From: SAR324 cluster bacterium
GTDB taxonomy: Bacteria; SAR324; JACQKK01
Assembly (NCBI GenBank): GCA_022574555.1
Contig: JACZRV010000002.1
Location: 21,995-85,994 of the forward strand
Reading direction: 5' to 3'
DNA: 64,000 nt
The position numbers and the translations under genes were made by a program. This document shows, in pieces, positions 27,682 through 37,759 of the stretch. A model generated the notes under the pieces. It had not been told where the DNA came from, did no database searches, and saw only the letters and a program-made list of their open reading frames with translations. Every line of letters begins with the position of its first letter. The stretch's first letter is position 1.

Positions 27682-28884
27682 ATGACCACTCCCGAAACCC
27701 GCCGAATCTATCGCCAACAATTCACGCTCAAATACGGGTGCAACCCCCATCAGTCCCCCGCGTCGGTGCACAGCGTCGACGGCGCATCGCTCCCGTTCCG
27801 GGTGCTCAATGGAGCGCCAGGATATATCAATCTGCTGGACGCTCTGAACGCCTGGCAACTCGTTGTCGAACTCCGGGAATCCCTGCACCTGCCGGCGGCG
27901 GCCTCGTTCAAGCATGTGAGCCCTGCGGGGGCGGCGGTGGCCGTGCCCCTTTCGGAAACCCTGGAGGCCGCCTACGAAGTGGGCGGCAAGGATCTCACGC
28001 CCCAGGCCCTGGCCTATTTAAGGGCCAGGCAGGCCGATCCCAAATCCTCCTTCGGCGACTTCGCCGCATTGAGCGACACGGTGGATGAAGCCACCGCCCT
28101 CGTGCTCAAGACCGAGGTCAGCGACGGATTGATCGCGCCCGGTTACGACTCCAAAGCCCTCGAAATCCTGAAAGCCAAGAAGGGGGGAAAGTACATCGTT
28201 TTGGAGGGCGATCCCGCCTACCGGGCACCCGAAGTGGAATACAAGGAAGTATTCGGCGTCGCGCTCTCCCAGAAACGAAACACGGCCCGCATCACCAGGG
28301 AGGGTCTCGGCCAACCGGTTACCGACGCCCAGCAGCTCAGCGACGATGCCGTTCGCGATTTGATACTGGCCGCCATCACTCTGAAATACACCCAATCCAA
28401 CTCGGTCGGCTTCGCCCTGGACGGGCAGATGATCGGCGTGGGCGCCGGTCAGCAAAGCCGGGTCGACTGCACGCGGCTGGCCGGCAGCAAGGCCGGCGTC
28501 TGGTTCCTGCGCCAACACCCCAAGGTGCTCGCATTGGCTTTCAAACCAGGAACCAAGCGTGCCGACCGCACCAACGGCCGCGTGCGCTACATCGAAGGAG
28601 ATATTACGCCCAGGGAACGTGCGGTCTGGGAAGGATTGTTCGCGCGGCCGGCTCCGCAATGGGGCCAGGGGGAGAGAGAAACTTGGCTTACCGGACTGAA
28701 AGACGTGTCCCTGGCTTCAGATGCCTTTTTCCCCTTTCCCGATAGTATTGACCAAGCCGCGAAGCGGGGCGTAAGGTATATCTGGCAGCCGGGTGGGAGC
28801 GTAGCCGACCCGCAGGTGATCGAAGCCTGCAATGAGTACGGCATGGCAATGGTATTCTCCGGTACTCGGCTTTTCCATCACTGA
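27682..28884 (+). CDS. purH: Stand-alone AICAR formyltransferase: the PurH transformylase domain without the IMP cyclohydrolase domain.
   Basis: KYGCNPHQ (compare PurH RYGENPHQ), FKHVSPAGAA (compare FKHTNPCG), and the C-terminus SDAFFPFPDSIDQAAKRGVRYIWQPGGSVAD…MVFSGTRLFHH, which closely matches the PurH C-terminus. Confidence 0.8.
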   Translation: MTTPETRRIYRQQFTLKYGCNPHQSPASVHSVDGASLPFRVLNGAPGYINLLDALNAWQLVVELRESLHLPAAASFKHVSPAGAAVAVPLSETLEAAYEVGGKDLTPQALAYLRARQADPKSSFGDFAALSDTVDEATALVLKTEVSDGLIAPGYDSKALEILKAKKGGKYIVLEGDPAYRAPEVEYKEVFGVALSQKRNTARITREGLGQPVTDAQQLSDDAVRDLILAAITLKYTQSNSVGFALDGQMIGVGAGQQSRVDCTRLAGSKAGVWFLRQHPKVLALAFKPGTKRADRTNGRVRYIEGDITPRERAVWEGLFARPAPQWGQGERETWLTGLKDVSLASDAFFPFPDSIDQAAKRGVRYIWQPGGSVADPQVIEACNEYGMAMVFSGTRLFHH

Positions 28885-28951
28885 GGGGATTCCGCCGCCA
28901 TTTATTGACGGTACAACAATCCTGCAAGGGACCAGACAGACTGGCAGACCG

Positions 28952-29308
28952 ATGGAAGCCACGGAAAAACCGACGCAACAGACGGCTCCCCGAGATATTG
29001 TCATTACCAATGTATCGCTGGAGTATGGCAACATCGAGGCCTGGACCAACGTCATCGCCAGCTATACTCAGAAACACCCCGATCACGAGGTGCTGATTTT
29101 CTACGAGGGGGTGCGGGTGATGAGTATGGTGTCGCTATTCAAGAGGGAATCAGATTTGAGCCGGCACGCATTCAAAATGGCGGTATCGGCTTCCGACGGG
29201 AACTGGCGTGACGTTCCCAAGCTCTATCGCTACCTCGTAGAAGGGGCCGGCCCGAACTTTCAGCAATTCATCGAAAAGGAAATCCACCAGGTGCTGAAGC
29301 TATTTTGA
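28952..29308 (+). CDS. Hypothetical protein, about 118 aa.
   Basis: ORF with a start at MEATEKPTQQ. No recognisable motif. Confidence 0.35.
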   Translation: MEATEKPTQQTAPRDIVITNVSLEYGNIEAWTNVIASYTQKHPDHEVLIFYEGVRVMSMVSLFKRESDLSRHAFKMAVSASDGNWRDVPKLYRYLVEGAGPNFQQFIEKEIHQVLKLF

Positions 29309-29501
29309 TCGACGCCTCGACTCGGGCCACACGAAATTTCCTGGGGCCGCAGCAACCGTGTCGACAGATGGCTTCTCGCTTGAAGGTGCGCTCCGCATCG
29401 CATAGCCGGTGGTGATGAAATTTCCTTTTCGGCCGATCCGCATCGCCGAGTCGACCCGCCAGTCGACGCAGATCGTTCCGCCACGCCGTTCGCGCCAGGC
29501 C

Positions 29502-30236
29502 ATGCCCTACCAGCTCCCCCCCGATCCGGCGAAATCCGCCTACGTACGGACGCGCTTTGACGCGATTGCTCACCGTTACGATCTGTTCAACGACCTCATT
29601 ACACAAGGGCAGCACCGGCGGTGGAAACGGGTGCTGATCCAACGGCTGAAATTGCAAAAAGGTGCACGGGTGCTGGACCTGTGTTGCGGCACCGGCGACA
29701 TTGCTCTGCGTTGCGCGACCCGGCTTGGCGGCCAGGGCCAAGTGGTGGGACTCGATTTTTCTCCGAACATGCTTCGTATCGCCGCTACGCGGAGGGCCAG
29801 CAGCGGCGTGGAGGAATCAATCGGCTTTATCAGCGGAGACGCGATGGCGCTACCCTTCCGCGCCAACGAGTTCGACGCCGTAACGATTGGCTACGGACTG
29901 CGCAACGTGGCGGATATCGGGGTGTGCCTTGCGGAAGTCGTGCGCGTGCTCAAACCCGGCGGCATGCTGGCGTCGTTGGACGTGGGCAAGACGCGGCCCA
30001 TATTGCTGCGGCCGTTGGTGGCGTTCTATTTTTTTCGCATCGTACCCCTGATCGGGCGCTTGTTACTGCCGGGAGAGGAGATGTTCAGCTACCTCCCCCA
30101 CTCCTCGGTGGGCTACCCACATCAGGACCGGCTTGTGGAAATCCTTGCTGCCCACGGATTTACCCATGTCGAACTGGTTGAATTTCTCGGTGGGGCATCT
30201 GTGATCCACATTGCCCGCAAAGCGGGGCCTCTTTAA
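29502..30236 (+). CDS. ubiE: Ubiquinone/menaquinone biosynthesis C-methyltransferase.
   Basis: Class I SAM-MTase motif VLDLCCGTGD and UbiE-like N- and C-terminal regions. About 244 aa. Confidence 0.85.
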   Translation: MPYQLPPDPAKSAYVRTRFDAIAHRYDLFNDLITQGQHRRWKRVLIQRLKLQKGARVLDLCCGTGDIALRCATRLGGQGQVVGLDFSPNMLRIAATRRASSGVEESIGFISGDAMALPFRANEFDAVTIGYGLRNVADIGVCLAEVVRVLKPGGMLASLDVGKTRPILLRPLVAFYFFRIVPLIGRLLLPGEEMFSYLPHSSVGYPHQDRLVEILAAHGFTHVELVEFLGGASVIHIARKAGPL

Positions 30237-32230
30237 CCGGCCTGACCCGTGCTGGGCACCGGTTCACGATCCTGCAGATCGGAAATTTCCACGATCAGCG
30301 GCAGATAGACATGCTCGCCGGCTTTCAGCTGTCTCCCGATCAGTTCGGGGTTCTGTTGGTAGAACAACCACATGGGGACATTGTTGGATTGTGCGATGAG
30401 CCACACCGTATCACCGCGCCGTACGCGAATTTTGGTCATTTCCGTTACCGCGTATGTGGAGAAAAAGTCTTCCTCGCGGCTGCGGTGAAATTCCATCCTC
30501 CGGCGGAGGAAGCTGTCGTTGGTTTCGGGGGTGATGGGTACTCTGATCCGGTCGCCGGGCCGTAATGCGCGCCCGACCGTGTAATCGTTGAATCCGCGAA
30601 TGGCGCGGGTCGGTACCCCAGCCCAATCCGCGTAATGGCCCAATGTCTCCCCATAGGCGGAGACGATTTCACCCTGATTGGAGGGCACGTTGTCGAAATG
30701 AAGATCGAGATCCTGGAACAGCGAAGCCCCTTCCGCTATCTGGAAGGCAATACCGCTCGGTATCGTTTCGCTCCAGGCCGAGCGGGCGGCAGCCGGGAGG
30801 GGGCGCCTCGCTGTGGCGCTGGGAACGGCCACGGTGGTACTCGCAACGGCGGCGGTGCGTTGCTTGGCCGAAGCCGCCGCCGATCCCTTTCCGGGGATGA
30901 GCAGCCGCTGTCCCGGCCGGATGCGGCGATAGGCCGATATATTGTTCGCTCGAGCGATTAGCTGCCACGACACGTTGAAGCGCCGGCCGATATCGTAGAG
31001 GGTGTCGCCCCGCGCCACGATAACTTCCGTGGTGCGCCTCTGCCGGCGGTGCTGCTCTGATTTGGGGACGGTGGCCAAAAAGGTCTCCGGATCGCGATCA
31101 TGCGGAATGCGCAACGTGTAGCCCTTGGGCATGTACTTGGTACTTTGCAGAACCGGGGGGCGTAGGCTCAGATTCAACGCCGCCAGTTGGTCCCGGCTCA
31201 CGTTCAGTAACCGGGCGGCCAACTGAAAGTCCATGTAGAACTGAAGTTTCACCGACCGGCTTTTCACCGGAGGATCGATCGTGAGCGGACCGAAGTACCT
31301 CGTGGGGTTTTTGGCGACTTCCCGGGCCGCAAGAAATTCCGCGTAGAAATTCTTACTCGCAAATTTGAATAATCGGCAGCCGCATCGGATGATGAGAGGA
31401 GTCAATTCTGAGGTGCCCATTTTCTTGACGATCCGCACCAGATTCTGCCGGCCGTGGTTATATGCGGTAATGGCCACAGGCCAGTTGCTGAAATAGCTAT
31501 AGTTGCTCTTGAGGAATTTCGCGGCGGCACGTGTGGATATGAAGGGGTCCAGCCGCTCGTCCACCTCGTAGCCGATATTCATGTACATCTTGCCGGTGCC
31601 CCGAGTGAACTGCCAGATTCCAGCAGCGCCCGCCTTGGAATACGTGTGATAATTGAATGACGACTCGACATGGGGCAGGTAGGCCAGATCTTCCGGCACG
31701 CCGTGTTCCTGCAAGATGGCCTTGATGCGACCGAGGTAGGCTCCCGAGACGATGAGACCCTTCTCGAACCGGTCCGCCAGACCTCTTTGGAACCGGACAC
31801 TGCCGGCCGCTTCGCGTAATCTGTCCGAGTCGACGTCATTGGGAAAACGGGCCAGCAGGTCGCGCTGGGGCCTGTCTAAAGGACGGTGTTGATCGAGCGC
31901 GTCGGCCAGACCTCGCAGAGCGATGCTCACCTCTTTTTTTCCTTTGCGGATTATTCTGTGCTGTTGGCGCCTCGTGAGGTCGCCGAACAGGAGTTTGTCG
32001 TAAACCGGTTGGGTGAGCGCTCCATCGTGCAGGAGGCCCCCGTTGGAGTGCACCTCGGTGAAGATTCGAATCCAAAACGCTTTTTGGCGGTCGATCAGGG
32101 GGGACGACGGAAAGTCCTGCCGCAGCGAGGAGTCGGCCAGGGCCTGCCGCAGCGAAGGGCCGCCCAAGGCAAATGCCAAACCCGGAATGGTCCACAATAC
32201 CGCGAGCAGCATTATCCAACGGAGTAACAT
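30233..32230 (-). CDS. mltD: Membrane-bound lytic murein transglycosylase D-like (SLT domain plus two LysM domains).
   Basis: SLT catalytic region (…AGAAGIWQFTRGTGKMY…) and two LysM repeats (RGDTLYDIGRRFNVS…, RRGDTVWLIAQSNNV…). Confidence 0.8.
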   Translation of the reverse strand: MLLRWIMLLAVLWTIPGLAFALGGPSLRQALADSSLRQDFPSSPLIDRQKAFWIRIFTEVHSNGGLLHDGALTQPVYDKLLFGDLTRRQQHRIIRKGKKEVSIALRGLADALDQHRPLDRPQRDLLARFPNDVDSDRLREAAGSVRFQRGLADRFEKGLIVSGAYLGRIKAILQEHGVPEDLAYLPHVESSFNYHTYSKAGAAGIWQFTRGTGKMYMNIGYEVDERLDPFISTRAAAKFLKSNYSYFSNWPVAITAYNHGRQNLVRIVKKMGTSELTPLIIRCGCRLFKFASKNFYAEFLAAREVAKNPTRYFGPLTIDPPVKSRSVKLQFYMDFQLAARLLNVSRDQLAALNLSLRPPVLQSTKYMPKGYTLRIPHDRDPETFLATVPKSEQHRRQRRTTEVIVARGDTLYDIGRRFNVSWQLIARANNISAYRRIRPGQRLLIPGKGSAAASAKQRTAAVASTTVAVPSATARRPLPAAARSAWSETIPSGIAFQIAEGASLFQDLDLHFDNVPSNQGEIVSAYGETLGHYADWAGVPTRAIRGFNDYTVGRALRPGDRIRVPITPETNDSFLRRRMEFHRSREEDFFSTYAVTEMTKIRVRRGDTVWLIAQSNNVPMWLFYQQNPELIGRQLKAGEHVYLPLIVEISDLQDREPVPSTGQAG

Positions 32231-32395
32231 GCAAATCCTCCATTTTTCATGCGGCGTCAGGTCACACGACGCGCATTGGTAACCGATCCCTAAATCGGAT
32301 TTCCTTCACCGGCAAATCCTCGACGGTAAAACAGTACCTCTGATATCGCGGAATAGCCGCGCCACCTTGAGCGCAGGTTTCTGCCGATCGCGATC

Positions 32396-33424
32396 TCACT
32401 TCTCTGCTGCTTGTTTCGCAATTTTCCTTCCTCCTGTAATGACCTTTTTAGCCTGGCGGGGACTGATCTTCACCAGGAAGCGGGTGTGGGAGGAGAGAGC
32501 CTGCCACTGCGAGGCCCCCCCGCGATACAGTTTGATCCACGACCGGGGTTCCTCCTCGTCACCGAATATACGCGCTTCCAAGTCAGGCGTGCGGCTTTCA
32601 TCCTCTTCGGCGAGGGATTCGTCCAGGTAGTCCACAACCCGCAGCTTGGCTAACTCGGCGATCCACTCGGCGATCTGCTCGTCGCCTTCCGAGCCGTCCG
32701 GATCGATGCCCCATTCGCTTGGTCCATCCTGCGATTCAGGCAATTTCCAAAGGTTAACAGTGTCTTGGCCCATCTGCAAATCGATCCTGCGCGCGGTGCC
32801 GATTGGTTCGGCCAAGATGCGCCCATCGAGCAGGCGTTGCTTGCCGCGCATCAGGCTGTTGAGCAAAGACGCACGGAGGAGATAGACCGTGCCGCTCGCC
32901 GGGTGGTGGACATAACGATAGATTTTTCCATAGGTCAGGGCACCCAACTCCAATCGCAAGGCCTCACCGCCATCCGTCGTCTCAATCTGGAGGAAATGTT
33001 CGTCGTTGGGGAAACCGAATGCTTCGCCGTCGAGGCCGGTCAGCTTACCGATGCGTCGATGGGCGACGAGAGCGGTCAAATTCTCCACGGCCTTCTCCAC
33101 GGAAGCACCGCCTTTGAACCGTCGCGCCGCCGGCTTTTTTTCCTCGTCTTCCGATTTCCCACCGGGTGTGGATCTGTCGGGCTTATGGTGAGTGACCCAT
33201 ACGAAGGGTGATTCACCTTCCTCGTGGGATTGGGGTTCCAGTACCACCTCGCCCTTTTCCGTGCGAAAGGTGATGGTGCGCACGGCGGAGGTATTTACGC
33301 GCCACACTTCGATTGATTGGTCGGCCGATGAGGGCAACTCCTTGGGAGGGTGCGCCAGGTAGTAGGCCCATGCCAGCGAACCCACGATGAGCAACGCCAG
33401 GATCGCAACTGATCTAGGCATCAC
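32396..33424 (-). CDS. DUF4340-like protein (GldG-associated accessory protein).
   Basis: N-terminal TM anchor. Sits at the typical position immediately downstream of a GldG-like gene, with an 11-nt overlap. Confidence 0.5.
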   Translation of the reverse strand: MMPRSVAILALLIVGSLAWAYYLAHPPKELPSSADQSIEVWRVNTSAVRTITFRTEKGEVVLEPQSHEEGESPFVWVTHHKPDRSTPGGKSEDEEKKPAARRFKGGASVEKAVENLTALVAHRRIGKLTGLDGEAFGFPNDEHFLQIETTDGGEALRLELGALTYGKIYRYVHHPASGTVYLLRASLLNSLMRGKQRLLDGRILAEPIGTARRIDLQMGQDTVNLWKLPESQDGPSEWGIDPDGSEGDEQIAEWIAELAKLRVVDYLDESLAEEDESRTPDLEARIFGDEEEPRSWIKLYRGGASQWQALSSHTRFLVKISPRQAKKVITGGRKIAKQAAEK

Positions 33425-35309
33425 CGCTCCTTCGCGGTGCTTGCCCGCGAAGCCGGGTCAGCACGCCGCCCGCCAGCAGGATCAGCAAGGGTACGGCGAA
33501 CACGGGAAGATAGAACCAGACCAGCTCGTCGCCTTTTACGTGCTGCATCTTCAGATCCTCACCCTTTTCGGGCAGTCCCGCGGGTTGCTCCTCGACGGCC
33601 AACCAGGAGATGCCCTCGATCAATGCCAATTGGTTCGCGCGATTTTGGATGAACAAATCGGAAGCGACATCGGCATCGGCGAAAGCCAGGATGCGCATTT
33701 CCGGGTTATCTTCTTCACCATCGTCCGCGTCTCCGCTGGATTTCGGGGCTATCGCCGCCACGAGAATCGGTTCGATGCGCTGCTCCGAGTCCCTATCGAA
33801 TTCGAAGTTTCCGTTCTTGTCGCTCCACGACCCGGGCATGCCTTTGATGGTCTCCCGGACTCGCACATTGGGTTGGGGCCGGCTTTTGCTCCAAGCTCCC
33901 GAAACGAGGAAGAGCAACGGAAGTTGGTTTGCAGTGCGCCGCAGCTTGGCAACGGAGGGGTGGGACATGTATCTCGCCGTCGCCAATAGCGCGTGATCGG
34001 CCTTTGTGTGGGTGCGCCGGCCGAATATGCGGTCGTTGGCGTGAACCACGGGCGAATATATTAGACCATAGCCCGCCAGCAACGCTTGCAAGCGGGGGGA
34101 TCGCTCCTGGTCCGAATCGGGTACGCGGCCTTGTCCCGCCGGACGTGGTTCGAGGAAGATCATCAACCGGCCGCCACGATCCAAATAGCGCTGCAGCGCA
34201 TCGATTTCCACCTGCTGAAACGGCGCTTCGGGGCCGATCACCAGAACCAATCCGGCGTCGTCGGGGACGTCGCTCCCCAATCCCTGGGAAAGTCCTAGGG
34301 ATTTAACCTTGTAGTTGAGCGCCTTCAGCAGTTTTTCCAGTCCCTTCACTCGGCTGGATTTTGGGATCTCCGTATCGGTTTCGTTGCGCTCCCCATGCCC
34401 CACCGTCAGATAGGCGGTGCGTTTTTCGCGGGTGACTTTGAGTAATTTCGTGAAAAAGGTGTGGTCGAACTGGGCCAAGTCCGAGCGCGCCTTTTGCAGA
34501 TCCAACCCCATGTTGATGGTCTCTACGGAATCATCCCGCTTGAAGGAAATGATCCCGTTTTTGCGCCCCTTGAACTCTCGTGCTTCGCGGGGATGAAGTT
34601 CCGCATCGTAGTACGCGATTTCCAGGTATGGGGATTGGCCCTGCAAGAGCAAAAAGTAGTCGTGCAGGACGCTTTGCACAGCATTGTCATTGGGAAAAAA
34701 GAGGGCCAGCGCGACCGGGGCGTCCAGATTAGCCACCAATTGCCGCGTCGCCTCGCTGGGCTGGGTCGTCTTGAAATACCCCAGGTCCCACTGCCAGGGA
34801 AGGCGGGCGCCGACGAAGTTCAGGGTGACGATCAGCACCAGTAGGAGACCCAGACTCAGACCAGCGTTGCGGGCCATGCGCAGCCGGCGGGATTCCCACC
34901 GCGCGGCGTTTGACTGAGACAAGAGCGCGGCCTCGATGAACACGTACAAGACGGCGCCCATAACCAGGGCCAGGGCCCAGCCCCAACTGAGGATCGCCGT
35001 CCAGTCCGGCCCATCCCGCCCGGCAGTGGCGGGCAGGGCCAGGCCGCCGAAATAGAGCATCGCCGCAACGCCGAACAGCGCCGCCGGCCACACCGGGCTG
35101 AGCGCCGAGGTGCGATGGGATGCGGATGCCTTCTCCATCCGCAGGGAGGCCAACACGTTCCAGACGAGCGCTGCGCACAGCAGCAGTACGGCGATTCCGG
35201 AAAGATAGGGCCGCGCCGGCTCGGCGCGCCAAATGTGTTCCCCGAACACGATGAAGACGCCCGCCAATAGAGGGATGATGGGGCGTAACCCACGAAGCCA
35301 GTTTCTCAT
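33414..35309 (-). CDS. GldG-like ABC-transporter auxiliary component with several N-terminal TM helices and a C-terminal TM helix.
   Basis: Large periplasmic domain between TM segments. ATGA overlap with the upstream ABC-2 permease. Operon order is ATPase, permease, GldG-like, DUF4340. Confidence 0.6.
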   Translation of the reverse strand: MRNWLRGLRPIIPLLAGVFIVFGEHIWRAEPARPYLSGIAVLLLCAALVWNVLASLRMEKASASHRTSALSPVWPAALFGVAAMLYFGGLALPATAGRDGPDWTAILSWGWALALVMGAVLYVFIEAALLSQSNAARWESRRLRMARNAGLSLGLLLVLIVTLNFVGARLPWQWDLGYFKTTQPSEATRQLVANLDAPVALALFFPNDNAVQSVLHDYFLLLQGQSPYLEIAYYDAELHPREAREFKGRKNGIISFKRDDSVETINMGLDLQKARSDLAQFDHTFFTKLLKVTREKRTAYLTVGHGERNETDTEIPKSSRVKGLEKLLKALNYKVKSLGLSQGLGSDVPDDAGLVLVIGPEAPFQQVEIDALQRYLDRGGRLMIFLEPRPAGQGRVPDSDQERSPRLQALLAGYGLIYSPVVHANDRIFGRRTHTKADHALLATARYMSHPSVAKLRRTANQLPLLFLVSGAWSKSRPQPNVRVRETIKGMPGSWSDKNGNFEFDRDSEQRIEPILVAAIAPKSSGDADDGEEDNPEMRILAFADADVASDLFIQNRANQLALIEGISWLAVEEQPAGLPEKGEDLKMQHVKGDELVWFYLPVFAVPLLILLAGGVLTRLRGQAPRRSGDA

Positions 35310-36034
35310 TCCCGCCATACCCGCGACTCGAGGGAGCGCACCGCGCACTCCAAAAAGAAGATCGTTACGCCGCAATAGTAGATGACGTCCCGAAAGTGAA
35401 GCGTGCCTCGGGAGAAGGTGCGGAAGTGCAAATTGTGCAAAGCCAGATAATACATCAATCCCTTCAGCGGCTCATCGGTAATGCGGGCGATCATCCAGGT
35501 GATCAGCAAAAGCACCACCATCAACGCCCCAATGGTGCCCGCCATGAGCTGGGACTGACTCCAAGACGAAGCCAGCAGCGCGATGGCGATGCAGGCGGAC
35601 CCCAGAAGAAGCAGGCCCAGGTAGCCGGTCATGATTTGCAGCACCGAAATCTTGCCGTTGATGAAGACCAGCGCCGGAAGATACAGCGAAACCAGCAGCA
35701 AGACGCCGAAAAAGGCCAAGGCCGATAGAAACTTACCCCAAACCACCTCTCGTTCCGTTACGGGCGCGGTTTGCAGGAGCACCAGGGTATGGGTCTGCCG
35801 TTCTTCCGCGATCAGCCTCATCGCCAGGATGACCGCGGCCACCATGACCATGCCACTGGAGTAATAGAAGTAATCGGCGAGCACGTCCTGCGAAAATTTG
35901 GCCTCTCTGCCCAGGGCGTAAATATTAAAAAGCAGCCCGCTGATGAGCAGATAGGCCGCGAGAATGAGATAACCGGAAAAGGTCGCGAAGTATGCACCGA
36001 ATTCCCGCCGGGCGATCAGCAAAATCTTGCTCAT
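35306..36034 (-). CDS. ABC-2 family permease (GldF-like).
   Basis: Six-TM hydrophobic protein. ATGA overlap with the upstream ATPase gene. Confidence 0.7.
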   Translation of the reverse strand: MSKILLIARREFGAYFATFSGYLILAAYLLISGLLFNIYALGREAKFSQDVLADYFYYSSGMVMVAAVILAMRLIAEERQTHTLVLLQTAPVTEREVVWGKFLSALAFFGVLLLVSLYLPALVFINGKISVLQIMTGYLGLLLLGSACIAIALLASSWSQSQLMAGTIGALMVVLLLITWMIARITDEPLKGLMYYLALHNLHFRTFSRGTLHFRDVIYYCGVTIFFLECAVRSLESRVWRE

Positions 36035-36981
36035 GACGGCTCCGATCCCCCTCCTTCCAGCAATTGGAGCATGAGATGCTCCAGCCCGTGGCGCTCCTCG
36101 CGCAACTCCAAGAGGCCCAAGCCACCCTCGACACACATGCGGCCCACTTGTTCACGTATGTCCTGCTCGGTAGTGATGCTGGCGGATATGAGTTCGCTCC
36201 CCTTCCGGCCATCGAAGGGCTCGATGACCATCTCGATGTTCCCCAGGGGCGCCAGCACCTCTTTGAGCCGATCGCTCGTGCCCCTGATCAGCAGGCTCAG
36301 CCGGCGCCGGTGCAGCAGTTCGCTGCGGATCTCGTCTTCCCGGCCTTGGGCCTTGATGGTGCCCTCATCCAACAGAATCACCCGTTCGCAGATCTGAGTC
36401 ACCTCGGACAGGATATGGCTGGAGAAAAGCACGGTGTGCTGGTTTTTCAAGGAGAGGATCAGATCCCGGATCTGGACGATTTGTATGGGGTCCAGACTGG
36501 CCATCGGTTCATCCAGCAAAACCACTGGCGGCGAGTGGATGATGGCCTGAGCGATTCCGACCCGTTGCTGATAACCCTTGGCCAACGTCCCCAGCCGCTG
36601 GGTGGCCACCTCTTTCAAGCCGGTATAATACACCGCTTTGATTACTCGATTCTCGGTTTGCTCACTCGGCACACCCCTCAGACGACACGCAAAGCGCAGA
36701 TAATTCGAGACAGTCATCTCACCGTATAAGGGTGGAATCTCCGGCAAATAACCGATTTTGGCGCGCGCGGCGATGCTGTTGTCCTCGACCGATTGCCCGT
36801 CGATCATGGCTTGCCCTTCGGTCGGGAGCAGCTGCCCGCTAAGGATTTTGAGAATCGTCGTCTTGCCGGCGCCATTTTTGCCGACCAATCCCACGATCTC
36901 TCCCTGGCCGATCCGGAACGAGCAGCGATCCAGCGCGCGTCGCGCGCCGTAGTACTTGGTCAATTCGGTGACTTCGATCAT
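36031..36981 (-). CDS. ABC transporter ATP-binding protein (GldA-like).
   Basis: Walker A GKNGAGKTT, the LSGGQ-like signature, and Walker B VVLLDEP. Confidence 0.85.
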   Translation of the reverse strand: MIEVTELTKYYGARRALDRCSFRIGQGEIVGLVGKNGAGKTTILKILSGQLLPTEGQAMIDGQSVEDNSIAARAKIGYLPEIPPLYGEMTVSNYLRFACRLRGVPSEQTENRVIKAVYYTGLKEVATQRLGTLAKGYQQRVGIAQAIIHSPPVVLLDEPMASLDPIQIVQIRDLILSLKNQHTVLFSSHILSEVTQICERVILLDEGTIKAQGREDEIRSELLHRRRLSLLIRGTSDRLKEVLAPLGNIEMVIEPFDGRKGSELISASITTEQDIREQVGRMCVEGGLGLLELREERHGLEHLMLQLLEGGGSEPS

Positions 36982-37261
36982 CCTGGACAAATCCGTGATT
37001 GCGGAGCCGGCTTCCCGACAGAGCTTCCCGATAGAGGGAAAACCGGTTACCCGGATATCATTGGCACTGGATTTTGCACGGCAATGGATTCTGCGGGCCA
37101 AATCCGGCGGTGTCAATAGATCGCATTAACAAGATCGCATTAACAGCCGGCTGTCCCTCGGCGGGGTTCAGCATGCCCGTGGCCGCCAATCCGAACCGCG
37201 GTGGAACGGGACGTTGAGGGGAAACGCGACACGCTCGCCGGGTTCATCCGCCGGTGCAATG

Positions 37262-37552
37262 TTAATTTTTGTTGAGGGATTTTACGATTTCCTGCCGCCA
37301 GACGTTGGAAGGATAGAACGTCACCACTCGGCGCGGCGAAATCTCGTATTCTTCCTTCGTCTTCGGATTGCGGCCGATACGGGATTTTTTTTCTCGCACC
37401 TTCCATTGACCGAATCCACTGATCAGAACGGGTTCGCCTTCCGTCAGGGTGCTTTTGACGAGATGGAGTATCCCCTCCACTTGGTCGCTGGCATCCGTGT
37501 GAGAAAGGCCCAACTTGAGTTCGATGGCACGTACGATGTCGGCCTTGACCAT
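37262..37552 (-). CDS. HU/IHF-family DNA-binding protein (integration host factor subunit-like).
   Basis: GFGQWKVREKKSRIGRNPKTKEEYEISPRRVVTFYPS matches the IHF/HU arm motif GRNPKTGE…ARRVVTF. Confidence 0.8.
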   Translation of the reverse strand: MVKADIVRAIELKLGLSHTDASDQVEGILHLVKSTLTEGEPVLISGFGQWKVREKKSRIGRNPKTKEEYEISPRRVVTFYPSNVWRQEIVKSLNKN

Positions 37553-37759
37553 CCCCGGTTTCCTCTCCAATCAATATTTTCCATTTGTGATTTCAAGCAA
37601 ATAGTAGAATGCCGGGCCGGATGTCAAGGGTTCAGATTCGCTAAGGGAGGTTTGCCGGTGTGCGCCGGCCCCTAACTGGCTCCATTAGGGGAGAAGCGCA
37701 ATATGCAATCTCGCCGATAATATGCGATTGGGTTGGGTTGGCGCGCCCTTGGTGGCCGA

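Noticed and set aside
32025-32045. gattcgaatcc, resembling a tRNA T-loop (GGTTCGAATCC).
   Set aside because: It lies inside the mltD coding sequence. There is no acceptor-stem complementarity and no D-loop or anticodon arm nearby. It is a chance match.
32306-32398. The DUF4340 gene ends in TGA with an open frame for about 30 further codons.
   Set aside because: The extension (DRDRQKPALKVARLFRDIRG…) has no resemblance to any domain and no Cys/Sec logic. It is a coincidental open frame in the GC-rich intergenic region.
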